Below, one piece after another: positions 11,621-21,499 of a stretch of DNA of 64,000 nucleotides. Source of the DNA: Thermoanaerobaculia bacterium (GTDB taxonomy: Bacteria > Acidobacteriota > Thermoanaerobaculia > UBA5066); the NCBI GenBank assembly GCA_038245905.1, contig JBBRRY010000004.1:78274-142273 (forward strand), in the 5' to 3' direction. A program made the position numbers and the translations under genes. The notes under the pieces are model-generated. The model did not search any database and was not told the DNA's origin. It worked only from the letters and a program-made list of their open reading frames with translations. Positions within the stretch are counted from its first letter, which is position 1. The number at the start of each line of letters is the position of its first letter.

Positions 11621-11842
11621 TTGGTCTCCTTCAAGAAGAGAGGCGGATTATAGGAAGAGAAAGAGGAGGATTTTGATTTGGATTCGGATTTCGGATTCGG
11701 ATTTCTTAGAAGGGTGAATGAGGCTGAGGCGCTCGAAGGACGTCGAGGCGCCACACTCTGCACCGGCGCCACTCGACCTTCTAAGAAAATCTTCTCTGGG
11801 GGCGAAACGGCCTACGATGGCGTCGCCGAGCGGAAGGAACGT

Positions 11843-12388
11843 GTGAAAGTTAGGTCCGATATCTCCGAAACGCAAGGAATTCTTCGCCCGTGGCCCGAGG
11901 TTTTCGCGGCCTCGCGCGTGACGACCCTCGTCGCGACGTGGTTCGGGACCGGGCTCCTTCCGAAGGCTCCGGGCACATGGGGCAGTCTGGCCGCGATCCC
12001 GGCCGCCCATCTCGTCGCGACGATCTGGGGAGTCTCGGGCCTCATCGGCTTCGCGCTCGCGGTCACGTTTGTTGGCGTGCACGCGGCGGGCGAGACGGCG
12101 CGCCTCCGCGGCATCGGCGATCCGCCGGAAGTCGTCGTGGACGAGGTGGCGGGGCAGTCCATCGCGCTTCTGCCGGTCTACGCGCTCGTGCCGCCCGAGG
12201 CCACGCTCTTCCGGATCGGCGCCGTGCTCCTTGCGTTCGCCCTCTTTCGCGTTCTCGACGTCTGGAAGCCCGGCCCAATAGGCGCGCTCGAGCGATTGCC
12301 GCGAGGCTGGGGTGTGATGATGGACGACGTTCTCGGCGGTGCCGTTGCGGGAGCTTGCGTCGGCGCCGCGCTTCTCCTCTGGCGATGA
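11843..12388 (+). CDS. pgpA: phosphatidylglycerophosphatase A
   Basis: G.G..PKAPGTWGS, DPPEVVVDEVAG, FRVLDVWKP, GVMMDDVLGG; start uncertain. Confidence 0.9.
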   Translation: MKVRSDISETQGILRPWPEVFAASRVTTLVATWFGTGLLPKAPGTWGSLAAIPAAHLVATIWGVSGLIGFALAVTFVGVHAAGETARLRGIGDPPEVVVDEVAGQSIALLPVYALVPPEATLFRIGAVLLAFALFRVLDVWKPGPIGALERLPRGWGVMMDDVLGGAVAGACVGAALLLWR

Positions 12389-13272
12389 TCGAGAGCGCCC
12401 TCTCCGGCTTGCGCGCGGTCGTCCGCGAGAACGTCCCGCTTTCCGGCCGGACGACGCTCCGAATTGGCGGACCGGCCCGGTATTTCGTGGAAGTCCACGA
12501 CGCGGAGGCGCTAGCGGCTCTCCTCCGCGCGGGCCGCGCCGCAGGGCTGCCTGTTCTCGCGCTCGGGAAGGGATCGAACCTCCTCGTTCCCGACGCGGGA
12601 TTCCCAGGAGTCGTTTTCGCCCTCGCGGGCGACTTCTTGAGGACGCGGATCGAACCGCCGGAGGTCATGGCGGGAGGCGGGGTCTCGCTCATGTCGCTTG
12701 CCTCCCGGACGCAGAGGGCGGGCCTCTCCGGTCTCGAGAACCTGTCCGGCATTCCGTCCTCGCTCGGCGGGGCCGTGCGCATCAACGCCGGGGCCTACGG
12801 GTCGGAGCTGTTCGACGTCCTCGTGTCGGTCGACCTCGTCTCGGGCGGTGGAGAGCAACGCACGGATTCCGCTTCGGCGATCGCGCACGGCTACCGGTGG
12901 ACGGCGCTCTCGGACTGCGACGACGTCGTGACCGGGGCGCGCCTCCGCCTCACGCCGAACCCCCCCGACGAGATCGCATCGCGGATGGCGGAGGTCACCG
13001 CGAAGAGAAAAGTCGCCCTGCCGAAGCAGCCGAATGCCGGTTCGATTTTCAAGAACCCGCCGGGCCTCTTCGCAGGGAAGCTGCTCGAGGAGTGCGGTTT
13101 GAAGAGTCGCCGCATCGGAGGCGCCCAGATCTCGCCCGTCCACGCGAACGTAATCGTCAACGTCGGCGGCGCGACGGCGGCGGACGTCACGTCGCTCATG
13201 GAAGAGATGAAAAGGGCCGTGAAAGACAGGTTCGGGATCGAATTGGCAGCCGAAATCCGACTTCTCGGATAA
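12385..13272 (+). CDS. murB: UDP-N-acetylenolpyruvoylglucosamine reductase
   Basis: TTLRIGGPA, LGKGSNLL, NAGAYG, GSIFKNP, HANVIVN; ATG 12385 overlaps the pgpA stop. Confidence 0.94.
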   Translation: MIESALSGLRAVVRENVPLSGRTTLRIGGPARYFVEVHDAEALAALLRAGRAAGLPVLALGKGSNLLVPDAGFPGVVFALAGDFLRTRIEPPEVMAGGGVSLMSLASRTQRAGLSGLENLSGIPSSLGGAVRINAGAYGSELFDVLVSVDLVSGGGEQRTDSASAIAHGYRWTALSDCDDVVTGARLRLTPNPPDEIASRMAEVTAKRKVALPKQPNAGSIFKNPPGLFAGKLLEECGLKSRRIGGAQISPVHANVIVNVGGATAADVTSLMEEMKRAVKDRFGIELAAEIRLLG

Positions 13273-13302
13273 CGTATCGCTCGCGCTTCTGGAGGCCGCC
13301 CC

Positions 13303-14451
13303 ATGAGAAGACGTTCCGCACTCCTTTTTCTCCTGCTCGCGGCCGCTGCGCTCGCCGGGGCCTGTGGAAAGAAGGAGCTCCCCGACCTCGCGATCGGAGT
13401 GATCGCCGAGCTCACCGGCGACATTCCCGCCGTCGGCGCCTCGTGCAAGAACGCCGCCGAGATGGCCGTCGGGGAGATCAACGAAGCCGGCGGCGTGAAG
13501 GTCGCCGGGAAGGCGTATCGGCTCCGTCTCGTCGTGGAGGACAGCAAGGGAAACGCGGCGGAGGCCGGGGAGGCCTTGAAGCGCCTCGCCTCGGAAGACA
13601 AGGTGTTCGCGATCGTGGGTCCGAACGCGAGCACGGGTGCGATTCCCGCCGCCGAGGCGGCGGAGTCAACGAAGATCCCCATGATCACTCCCTGGTCCAC
13701 GAACCCGCTGACGACGGCGGGGAAGAAATGGGTCTTTCGCGCCTGCTTCACCGACGCGTTCGAAGGGCACGTCCTCGCGCGGTTCGCGACGGGATACCTT
13801 CACGCGGCGAAGGCGGCCGTTCTCTACGACCCGGACTCTCAGGCGCCGAAGAGCCAAGCGGAGCTCTTCCGGAAGGACTTCGAGGAGGCGGGAGGAAAAG
13901 TCGTCGCCTTCGAGACGTACAAGACCGGCGACAAGGATTTCGCAGCCCCGCTCGGCCGGATCGCGGCCGCCGCTCCCGACATCATCTTCCTGCCGAGCTA
14001 TTACAACGAGGTCCCTCTGCAGATGAAGCAGGCGCGCAAGATGGGGATCAAGGTGCCTTTCCTCGGCAGCGACAACTGGAGCAGCCCGGAGCTGGTCAAG
14101 CTGGTAGGCGGGGATGCCGAGGGAGCGACGTTCTGCAACCACTACGCGCCGGAAGTGCGCGTGGACGCTGTCGCGCACTTCGTCACGCCGTACAAGAACA
14201 AATACGGGCAGACGCCCGACGACGTGGCTGCCCTCACATACGACTCGTTCAAGCTCCTCGCGAAGGCCCTCGCGGGCGCTTCGGGGCTGAATCGCGAGGC
14301 GATTCGGGAGGCCCTGTCGAAGATCCGTGAGTTCGAAGGCGTTACCGGCAAGATGACGTTCAAGGAAGGTTCGGGCGACCCGGTCAAGAGCGCCGTGATG
14401 ATGAGGGTCGAAGGCGGCAAGCCGGTCTTCGTGACCACCATCGACCCCTGA
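13303..14451 (+). CDS. branched-chain amino acid ABC substrate-binding lipoprotein (LivK-like)
   Basis: Lipobox LAGAC; LTG...G...AEMAVGEINEAGGV; FRACFTD; no permease genes adjacent. Confidence 0.85.
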   Translation: MRRRSALLFLLLAAAALAGACGKKELPDLAIGVIAELTGDIPAVGASCKNAAEMAVGEINEAGGVKVAGKAYRLRLVVEDSKGNAAEAGEALKRLASEDKVFAIVGPNASTGAIPAAEAAESTKIPMITPWSTNPLTTAGKKWVFRACFTDAFEGHVLARFATGYLHAAKAAVLYDPDSQAPKSQAELFRKDFEEAGGKVVAFETYKTGDKDFAAPLGRIAAAAPDIIFLPSYYNEVPLQMKQARKMGIKVPFLGSDNWSSPELVKLVGGDAEGATFCNHYAPEVRVDAVAHFVTPYKNKYGQTPDDVAALTYDSFKLLAKALAGASGLNREAIREALSKIREFEGVTGKMTFKEGSGDPVKSAVMMRVEGGKPVFVTTIDP

Positions 14452-14510
14452 CCTTTTCGAAAGCCCCGCCTCGCAATCGCCGGAGCCGCGGCGCCCGTAC
14501 AATCTCGGGA

Positions 14511-15608
14511 ATGTCGAGCACCGCCGGAGTCTGCGCGCTCATCCTCGCCGGCGGGAGCGGCACAAGGCTGTGGCCCCGCTCGACGGACGAAAGGCCGAAG
14601 CCTTTCCTTGCGCTGTCGGGCGGAGAGTCGCTCCTTCGGGAGACCTGGCGGCGCGCCGCCGGCCTCGCCGGGAAGGACAACGTCTTCGTCTCGGGCCGCG
14701 CGTCGCACGAGGCGCTCCTCGTCGCAGAGCTCCCGGAAGTCCCGCGCGAGCGCCTTGTCCTCGAGCCCACGCGCCGCAACACTGCCCCCGCGATCGCCCT
14801 CTCGGCGCTGGCGGCCTCAGAGGACGCGCCCGACGTCGTTCTCGCCGTGCTGCCGTCTGACCAGGCGGTGCGCGATGAACCGGCGTTCCTCTCCGCTCTC
14901 CGCGCGGCCGTCTCGGCGGCGCGGACGCGCGAGGCGTTCGTCACACTCGGGATTCCTCCGACGCGGCCCGAGGCGGGCTTCGGATATATGGAAGTTGAAG
15001 AGCACAAGGAAGGGGAAAGCGATTTTTCTTTGAATGGGAAGAGTAGGAGCGAGGCCTCGCTCCTGCGGGTGGTGCGGTTCGTCGAGAAGCCCAGCCAGAC
15101 TCGCGCGGAGGAGTTTCTTGCGTCGGGGCGCTTCCTCTGGAACGCCGGCATCTTCGTATTCCGGACGTCCTGGCTCTTCGAAGAGATGGAGAGGGTCTGT
15201 CCGGATATCCTGAAGGTCGCCCGCCGCGCGCATGCAGCGAGAAAAGCGGCGGATTCTTCCTCCTTCAAAGAAATCTTCTCCTCCTCCCCGTCCGTCTCCA
15301 TCGATGTCGCCGTGATGGAGAAAGCACGAACCGTGCTCACAGTTCCGTGTGCCTGCGGCTGGAGCGACCTGGGTTCGTGGGAAGCCGTGTTCGAGTTCCG
15401 GGGCGGATCGTCCGCGCGGAACGTTCTCGAGGGCCCGGCCGATTCGGTGGACGGCTCGGGCAACCTCGTGCTGGCGGAGGCGAGGCCGGTGCGCGTCGTC
15501 GGCCTCTCGGACATCGTGGTCGTGGAATCTCCAGGCGGCCTCCTCGTCATGCGCCGGGGCGCGTCGGACGCGCTTCGCCGGAGCGTGGAAAAAGGGCTCA
15601 GGGGATGA
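14511..15608 (+). CDS. manC: mannose-1-phosphate guanylyltransferase
   Basis: ILAGGSGTRLWPRS, EPTRRNTAPAI, FVEKP, WNAGIF, WSDLGSW. Confidence 0.9.
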   Translation: MSSTAGVCALILAGGSGTRLWPRSTDERPKPFLALSGGESLLRETWRRAAGLAGKDNVFVSGRASHEALLVAELPEVPRERLVLEPTRRNTAPAIALSALAASEDAPDVVLAVLPSDQAVRDEPAFLSALRAAVSAARTREAFVTLGIPPTRPEAGFGYMEVEEHKEGESDFSLNGKSRSEASLLRVVRFVEKPSQTRAEEFLASGRFLWNAGIFVFRTSWLFEEMERVCPDILKVARRAHAARKAADSSSFKEIFSSSPSVSIDVAVMEKARTVLTVPCACGWSDLGSWEAVFEFRGGSSARNVLEGPADSVDGSGNLVLAEARPVRVVGLSDIVVVESPGGLLVMRRGASDALRRSVEKGLRG

Positions 15609-16561
15609 CCGTGGCGGCGCCTGTTCTCGCGTCTCTCTCCCGGCTCGTCGCGACCGTGCGGACCGCCTACCGCGGACCGGCGGCCGCCGTCGAGGACGCG
15701 GTCGTGTGCCTTCTCGCGCGCGGCCACCTCCTCATCGAGGACGTGCCGGGCGTGGGCAAGACGACGCTCGCCTCCGCGCTCGGCAAGGCGATCGGCGTCG
15801 GCATGCATCGCATCCAGTTCACGCCGGATACGCTTCCATCCGACATCCTCGGCCTCACGGTCTTCAACGTGCGGACGCAGGAGTTCGAGTTTCACCCGGG
15901 CCCCGTGTTCACGCCCGTGCTCCTCGCCGACGAGATCAACCGGGCGACACCGAAGACGCAGGCGGCGCTCCTGCAGGCGATGAACGAACGCGCCGTCTCC
16001 TCCGACGGTGTCACCCGGCCGCTGCCCGAGCCGTTCCTCGTCCTCGCGACGCAGAACCCTGTGGAGTATCTCGGGACCTACCCGCTTCCCGAGTCGCAGC
16101 TCGACCGCTTCCTCATGCGCATCTCACTGGGCTATCCGTCGTTGGAGGAGGAGCGCCGGCTTCTCGTGTCGGGCGGTGCCGACCGCATCCTCGCGACGCT
16201 CGCGCCCGCGCTCTCGCTCGAGGAGCTGGGGGCGGCCCAGGCCGCCACCGAGCGCGTCACCGTGGCCGACAAGCTCATGGATTACGTGCTCGCGATTGTC
16301 GGTCGCACGCGGAGCGGCAAGGACCTCCTTCTCGGCGTCTCGCCACGGGGCGCGCAGGGGTTTTTCCGCGCGGTGCAGGCTCGCGCGCTCGTCTCGGGCC
16401 GGCCCTATGCGACTCCAGACGACGTCAAGCGCGTCGCCGTCCCGACGCTCGCCCACCGCGTCCTCGCGTCGCAGCCGGGTGCCTGGGACGGCGGAGGAAG
16501 CGGCCAGCGCGAGCGCGACGCGATCCAGCGCATCCTCGACGAGACGCCGGTTCCCCTCTGA
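15605..16561 (+). CDS. moxR: MoxR family AAA+ ATPase
   Basis: HLLIEDVPGVGKT, RIQFTPD, LADEINRATPKTQ, ATQNP, PLPESQLDRF. Confidence 0.93.
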   Translation: MTVAAPVLASLSRLVATVRTAYRGPAAAVEDAVVCLLARGHLLIEDVPGVGKTTLASALGKAIGVGMHRIQFTPDTLPSDILGLTVFNVRTQEFEFHPGPVFTPVLLADEINRATPKTQAALLQAMNERAVSSDGVTRPLPEPFLVLATQNPVEYLGTYPLPESQLDRFLMRISLGYPSLEEERRLLVSGGADRILATLAPALSLEELGAAQAATERVTVADKLMDYVLAIVGRTRSGKDLLLGVSPRGAQGFFRAVQARALVSGRPYATPDDVKRVAVPTLAHRVLASQPGAWDGGGSGQRERDAIQRILDETPVPL

Positions 16562-16565
16562 AACC

Positions 16566-17585
16566 GTGGCTTTCGGCGCGCGCCTCCAGAAGCTCCTGCA
16601 TCCCGGAATCCTGGTCCGGGTCACGAACGTCGGACTCGGCTTCATCCTGATGACGCTCGTCGTCGCCGTCGCCGCGACGAACACGGGAAACAACGGCCTC
16701 TACGTCCTCGTCTCGCTTTTCCTTGGCGCGCTCGTCGTCTCGGGAATCGTCTCGCGCCGGAACGTGGAGAACGTCGCGCTAGAGCTGGACGGCCCCGCGG
16801 AGATCTTCGCCGGCGTCCCGGTGCGGTTCACGCTCCGGCTGACGAATCGGGGGCGGCTGCCGCGCCGCGCCCTTCTCGTGAAAATCTCGAGCGCGGCCGC
16901 CCCGATCCTCTTCGGGCGCCTGGATCCGGGACGGCCCGCCGAACGTGGCGTCGACCTGGTCTTCCCGAGACGCGGCCGCCGGTCCATCGAGTCGCTCCTC
17001 CTTTACAGCGGCTATCCGATCGGGCTCTTCCGAAAGGGACGGGTGCACCCGCTCGAGGACGAGCGCCTCGTCTATCCGGCCCCGGCGAACGTGTCTACCA
17101 TTCCCCCCGACCCCCGGGAAGCCGAGGGCGGCGACCCGCGCGACCGGCGCCGCGGGCGAGGCGCCGAGATCCGCAACCTCCGCGAGGCGGGCTTCGGCGA
17201 CGATCCGCGCGACGTCCATTGGCCGCAGACGGCGCGCCAGGGCAAATTCATCGTGAAGGAGCGTGCCTCCGAGGAAGGCCGGGACGCGCTCGTGGCTCTG
17301 GAAACGCATCGCCCGGCGGGCGCCGGCGCCGCCTGGGGCGACGCCTTCGAGAGGTCGGTGTCCGAGGCCGCGGGTCTCGCCCTGCTGCTCCTCACCCGCG
17401 GCAGCCGGGTGGGACTGCTGCTCGGAGGCTCCCTCGTGCCGCCGGGCTCGGGCCCGGCCCATCGCCGCGGCCTTTTGCGCGCGCTCGCGCTCGTCGAGCC
17501 GTCGACGGAGTCCGGGCGGCCGCCCGCCGTACCCGGTTCGGTCGCCGTCTACCGGGCGGGCCGCGGTCCGGAGCGCGCCGCATGA
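16566..17585 (+). CDS. DUF58 domain protein
   Basis: N-terminal TM (AATNTGNN), LRE...GDDPRDVHW..TAR; canonical position after moxR. Confidence 0.85.
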   Translation: MAFGARLQKLLHPGILVRVTNVGLGFILMTLVVAVAATNTGNNGLYVLVSLFLGALVVSGIVSRRNVENVALELDGPAEIFAGVPVRFTLRLTNRGRLPRRALLVKISSAAAPILFGRLDPGRPAERGVDLVFPRRGRRSIESLLLYSGYPIGLFRKGRVHPLEDERLVYPAPANVSTIPPDPREAEGGDPRDRRRGRGAEIRNLREAGFGDDPRDVHWPQTARQGKFIVKERASEEGRDALVALETHRPAGAGAAWGDAFERSVSEAAGLALLLLTRGSRVGLLLGGSLVPPGSGPAHRRGLLRALALVEPSTESGRPPAVPGSVAVYRAGRGPERAA

Positions 17586-19693
17586 GCGGAGGTCCCGGCG
17601 CAGCCGCCGAAATCCCGTTCCTCCGGGAACGGCTTCTGGCGCTCGGAAGCCTCGCGCTTCTCGCCCCGGTTCCGCTCTTTTTCACGAACGCCCTCGAGTT
17701 CGCGGTTCTCCTCGTCTACCTCGTTGTTCTTGCGCTCTTTCTGGCACGCGTGCGCCTCGGAAGTGTGCCGCGCCTCGGGAATCGCGTGCTGAATCTCGCC
17801 GGGTTTCTCTACCTTCCGGTCATCTACCTCGACGTGCGCTTCGGGAGTCAGACGCTCCTGAAGGCGATGCTCCACCTTCTCCTCTTCACGACGCTCTTCA
17901 AGCTCGCGGCGATTCGCAAGGAGCGCGACCTCTCGCTCGCGCTGATCCTGTCGGGCCTTCTCTTCGTCACGTCGGTCTCGACTTCGTTCCATTGGGCGAT
18001 CCTCCTTTATGTGCTGCTCGTGGCCTTCGTCGGCTGGAGAGTGCTCGTGAAGTGGGCCCTCTGGCGCGACCTCTCCGGGGCCCCCGAGGAATGGAGCCGC
18101 GACCGCACGGCGCGCGCTCTTCCCGGTCGCGGCCCGCTCGTCACATCGGTGATGTCCACGGTCCTCGTCGCCATTCCGCTCTTTCTGTTCCTTCCGCGCC
18201 TCAAGGCGCCCTACGTGAAGGGCGCCGAAGCGGGGCGCGAAATCACAACGGGTTTCTCGGAGAACGTTGATCCGGACCTGTTCGGCGCACTCAAGCAGAG
18301 CGACCGCGTCTTCCTCCGGATCACGAGCGAGGAGGCTCTCGACGAGAGCGGGGCGGCGCTGAGGCTCCGGACGCTCGCCCTCTCGCGGTGGGAGAACGGG
18401 GTGTGGAAGAGGCCGCCGGAACATTCCGCCGCCTCCGTCCGCTCCGGCTTCCAGGCGCTCGTCCCACTCGCTCCCCGCGGCCGCGGCGCCGGAGGAGGTA
18501 CGGCGATGACGGTCGACCTCACCCCGATCCAGACGCCCTACCTGCCCTATCCGCTCGTCGGCAACGCGCTGCGTCTCTCCGAGGCCCCGTTTCGCAGCCG
18601 GGCGTATGTCGAGCGCGATGCGGCCCGTAACCTCCGCCTGTCCTTCGAACCGGACCGCACGATCCAGTACACCGTGACCTACGGGAGGCACCCGATCGCG
18701 GACCTCGAGCCGGGCGACGTGGTCGAAGCCCGAACGCCGCCCGGCTCGGAGGCGCTGCGCGCTTTCGCACTCTCTCGACTCGACGGGATCGATCCCTCGA
18801 AAAATCCTGAGGCCGCCGCGCGCGCTCTCGAGTCGGTGCTCAAGGGCTGGACATACGAGCTGGATCTGCAGCCGCGCGGCCCGAACGCCGTCGAGGACTT
18901 CGTCCTCCACCGCCACAAGGGCCACTGCCAGACGTTTGCGACGGCGATGGCGCTGCTCCTCCGGGAGGTGGGCGTCCCCACGCGCTTCGTGACCGGATTT
19001 CTCGGCGGGGAGCTCGGCGCGTTCGGAAGGTACGTGCTCGTCCGCAGCCAGAACGTCCACGCCTGGGTCGAAGTCTGGTGCGGTGACGCGCGGGGATGGG
19101 TCACGTTCGACCCGACGCCTTCGGCCGGGCAGCCGGGGCTCGAGCGCGTGCCGCTCGCTCAACGTCTTCGCCAGGTGACCGACGGGCTCGAGTTCTTCTA
19201 CGACCGCTTCGTCCTTTCCTTCGGGCAAGGCGATCAGGCCGAGATCCTTCGAATGTTGCGGGAGGCGGCGGGCGGTGCCATTTCCGCCGTGCTCCGCGCC
19301 GGCGCGGGAGTGAGCCCCTTCCTCGGCCGCCTGTCGGCGGCCGCGCTCGTGGCGTCCGCTCTCCTTCTTGCGTCTCTGATGTTTCTCGGGCGCCGCGTGC
19401 TCCGCGTTTCCTGGAAAACGCGCGGTCTCGCGCCCGCGTCCGCAGCCTACCGCCGCCTCCAGAATGCGCTCCACCGGCTCGGCGCGCCGCTCCGCCCCTC
19501 GTCCGTTCCCGCCGAGACCCTCGCCGCTGCCGCGGCGCTCGGCCCGGGCGCGGAGCGGCCCGCCGAAGCGATCGTGCGCGCCTACGTCCGGGAGTCCTTC
19601 GGAGGGTTCGCGCCCGCGCCGGGGGAGGAAGGCCGGTTGCGGGGCCTGCTCGACGAGTTTCGCGAGGCGGCCAGACGGTCGCAAGTGCGATAG
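17582..19693 (+). CDS. membrane transglutaminase-like protein (TgpA/DUF3488 type)
   Basis: Multiple N-terminal TM helices; catalytic GHCQTFATAM, HAWVEV, WVTFDPTP. Confidence 0.9.
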   Translation: MSGGPGAAAEIPFLRERLLALGSLALLAPVPLFFTNALEFAVLLVYLVVLALFLARVRLGSVPRLGNRVLNLAGFLYLPVIYLDVRFGSQTLLKAMLHLLLFTTLFKLAAIRKERDLSLALILSGLLFVTSVSTSFHWAILLYVLLVAFVGWRVLVKWALWRDLSGAPEEWSRDRTARALPGRGPLVTSVMSTVLVAIPLFLFLPRLKAPYVKGAEAGREITTGFSENVDPDLFGALKQSDRVFLRITSEEALDESGAALRLRTLALSRWENGVWKRPPEHSAASVRSGFQALVPLAPRGRGAGGGTAMTVDLTPIQTPYLPYPLVGNALRLSEAPFRSRAYVERDAARNLRLSFEPDRTIQYTVTYGRHPIADLEPGDVVEARTPPGSEALRAFALSRLDGIDPSKNPEAAARALESVLKGWTYELDLQPRGPNAVEDFVLHRHKGHCQTFATAMALLLREVGVPTRFVTGFLGGELGAFGRYVLVRSQNVHAWVEVWCGDARGWVTFDPTPSAGQPGLERVPLAQRLRQVTDGLEFFYDRFVLSFGQGDQAEILRMLREAAGGAISAVLRAGAGVSPFLGRLSAAALVASALLLASLMFLGRRVLRVSWKTRGLAPASAAYRRLQNALHRLGAPLRPSSVPAETLAAAAALGPGAERPAEAIVRAYVRESFGGFAPAPGEEGRLRGLLDEFREAARRSQVR

Positions 19694-19696
19694 CGG

Positions 19697-21061
19697 TTAC
19701 GCGGAAGGGGGTTTCGGGAGGCCGAATTTCTCGATACGATAGCGGATCTGGTCGCGATTGAGGCCGAGGAGCCGCCCGGCCTGCGTCTGGTTGCCCGCGC
19801 TTCGCTTCAGAGCCTGAACCACGAGCGATCGTTCGAGCTGTTCGACGTCGAGGCCGCCCGGAGGAAGCTGGAAGCTCGGGGAGAGCGCGGCCAGAGGCGT
19901 CAGGAGGACGTCGCTCCGCTCAAGAATCTCGCCCTCCGAAAGCAGGACGGCCCGCTCCAGGACGTTCCGGAGCTCCCGGATGTTGCCCGGCCACGGATAG
20001 GCGTCGAGCGCATCGCGCGCGTCCGGCGCGAGACCGCGCACGTTCTTCTTGAACTCGCGGTTGAAGCCGTCGACGAAATGATTCGCGAGGAGCGGCACGT
20101 CGCCCTTCCGCTCGCGCAGCGGCGGCAACGGAACGGGGAGAACGCGGAGGCGATAGTAGAGATCCTCGCGAAATCGTCCCTCGCGAACCCCGTCTTCGAG
20201 ATTGCGATTCGTCGCCGCGATGACGCGCACGTCGACGCGCACGTCTGCCGAGCCCCCGACGCGCCGGAAAGCCTTCTCCTCCAGGAAGCGGAGGAGCTTG
20301 GCCTGCAATGCGGGCGCCATCTCGCCGATCTCGTCGAGGAAGGCGGTGCCTGCGTCGGCCTGCTCGAGAAGGCCCTTCTTCTGCCCCTTGGCATCGGTAA
20401 AGGCGCCCCTTTCGTGGCCGAAGAGCTCGCTCTCGAGAAGCGTGTCGGGAATCGCCGAGCAGGTGATGTTCAGGAAGGGACCGGTGCGGCGCTCGCTCGC
20501 GAAGTGAATCGCCTTGGCCGCGAGGTCCTTGCCCGTGCCGCTCTCACCGGTCAGGAGAACGGTCGAGGACGGACTTGCCGCGACCTTTCGGAGAAGCGCC
20601 TTCACCTCGAGCATCAACGGGGATTCGCCCACGATGCGGTCGAAGCCGTAGGGCGCGGACTCGCGGGCGCGCAGCGTGCGCACCTCACGGCGAAGTTGGG
20701 TCGTCTCGAGCGCCTTCTCGACGAGAGCGAGCATCTCGTCGAGGTCGAACGGCTTGTTCACGTAGTGAAAGGCGCCTCGCTTGATGGCGTCGATGGCACT
20801 CGAGACGCTCGCGTAAGCGGTCATCAGGATGACGACGGCTTCCGGATTGCGCTCCTTGATTTTCGGGATCAGCGTGACGCCGTCGGTATCAGGCAGGCGG
20901 AAGTCGAGGATGACGAGATCGACGTCCTCCCCGCAGCGCTCCAGGGCTTCGGCGCCGTCCTCGGCCTCCAGGACCCGGTATCCGGCGGCCTGCAAGCGCT
21001 CCTTCAGCGACCAGCGGATCAGCTTCTCGTCGTCGACGATGAGGATCCGCGGCGATGCCAT
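19697..21061 (-). CDS. sigma54-dependent response regulator (NtrC/AtoC family)
   Basis: Receiver domain, [38 protein letters not shown], Fis-type HTH. Confidence 0.95.
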   Translation of the reverse strand: MASPRILIVDDEKLIRWSLKERLQAAGYRVLEAEDGAEALERCGEDVDLVILDFRLPDTDGVTLIPKIKERNPEAVVILMTAYASVSSAIDAIKRGAFHYVNKPFDLDEMLALVEKALETTQLRREVRTLRARESAPYGFDRIVGESPLMLEVKALLRKVAASPSSTVLLTGESGTGKDLAAKAIHFASERRTGPFLNITCSAIPDTLLESELFGHERGAFTDAKGQKKGLLEQADAGTAFLDEIGEMAPALQAKLLRFLEEKAFRRVGGSADVRVDVRVIAATNRNLEDGVREGRFREDLYYRLRVLPVPLPPLRERKGDVPLLANHFVDGFNREFKKNVRGLAPDARDALDAYPWPGNIRELRNVLERAVLLSEGEILERSDVLLTPLAALSPSFQLPPGGLDVEQLERSLVVQALKRSAGNQTQAGRLLGLNRDQIRYRIEKFGLPKPPSA

Positions 21062-21071
21062 GGCCGGAATT

Positions 21072-21482
21072 CTAGACGGGCGAGGGTGGCGCGGCTCCCG
21101 CCGGAGGAAGCGTGGAGCCCACGAGGCTGATCATGCGGTCGAAATCGAACGGTTTCGTGATGAAGTGCGCCGCGCCGAGGGAGGTCGCCCGCTCGGCCGT
21201 GCCGGGCGAATCGTAAGCCGTCATGACGATGACCGGACATGCCGGGCGCGAACCCTTGACGCGCTCGAGGACACCGAGGCCGTCCAGCTCGGGCAGCGAG
21301 AGATCGAGCAGCATCAGGTCAACGGGGTTCCCCGCGAAGACGGCGACGGCCTCGAGTCCGGTCTCGGCCTCGAGGACCGTGTACCCCGCGGCGAGGAGAC
21401 GCTCGCGCAGGGACCAACGGATGAGGCTTTCGTCGTCGACGACGAGGACGACCGGTTTGAGAGAGCTCGCCCCGGCGTTCAC
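21072..21482 (-). CDS. single-domain response regulator
   Basis: VLVVDDE...LLDLSLP...VIVMTAY...KPF; closely resembles the adjacent regulator's receiver domain. Confidence 0.88.
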   Translation of the reverse strand: MNAGASSLKPVVLVVDDESLIRWSLRERLLAAGYTVLEAETGLEAVAVFAGNPVDLMLLDLSLPELDGLGVLERVKGSRPACPVIVMTAYDSPGTAERATSLGAAHFITKPFDFDRMISLVGSTLPPAGAAPPSPV

Positions 21483-21499
21483 GGGTATCCTCCGCGGAG

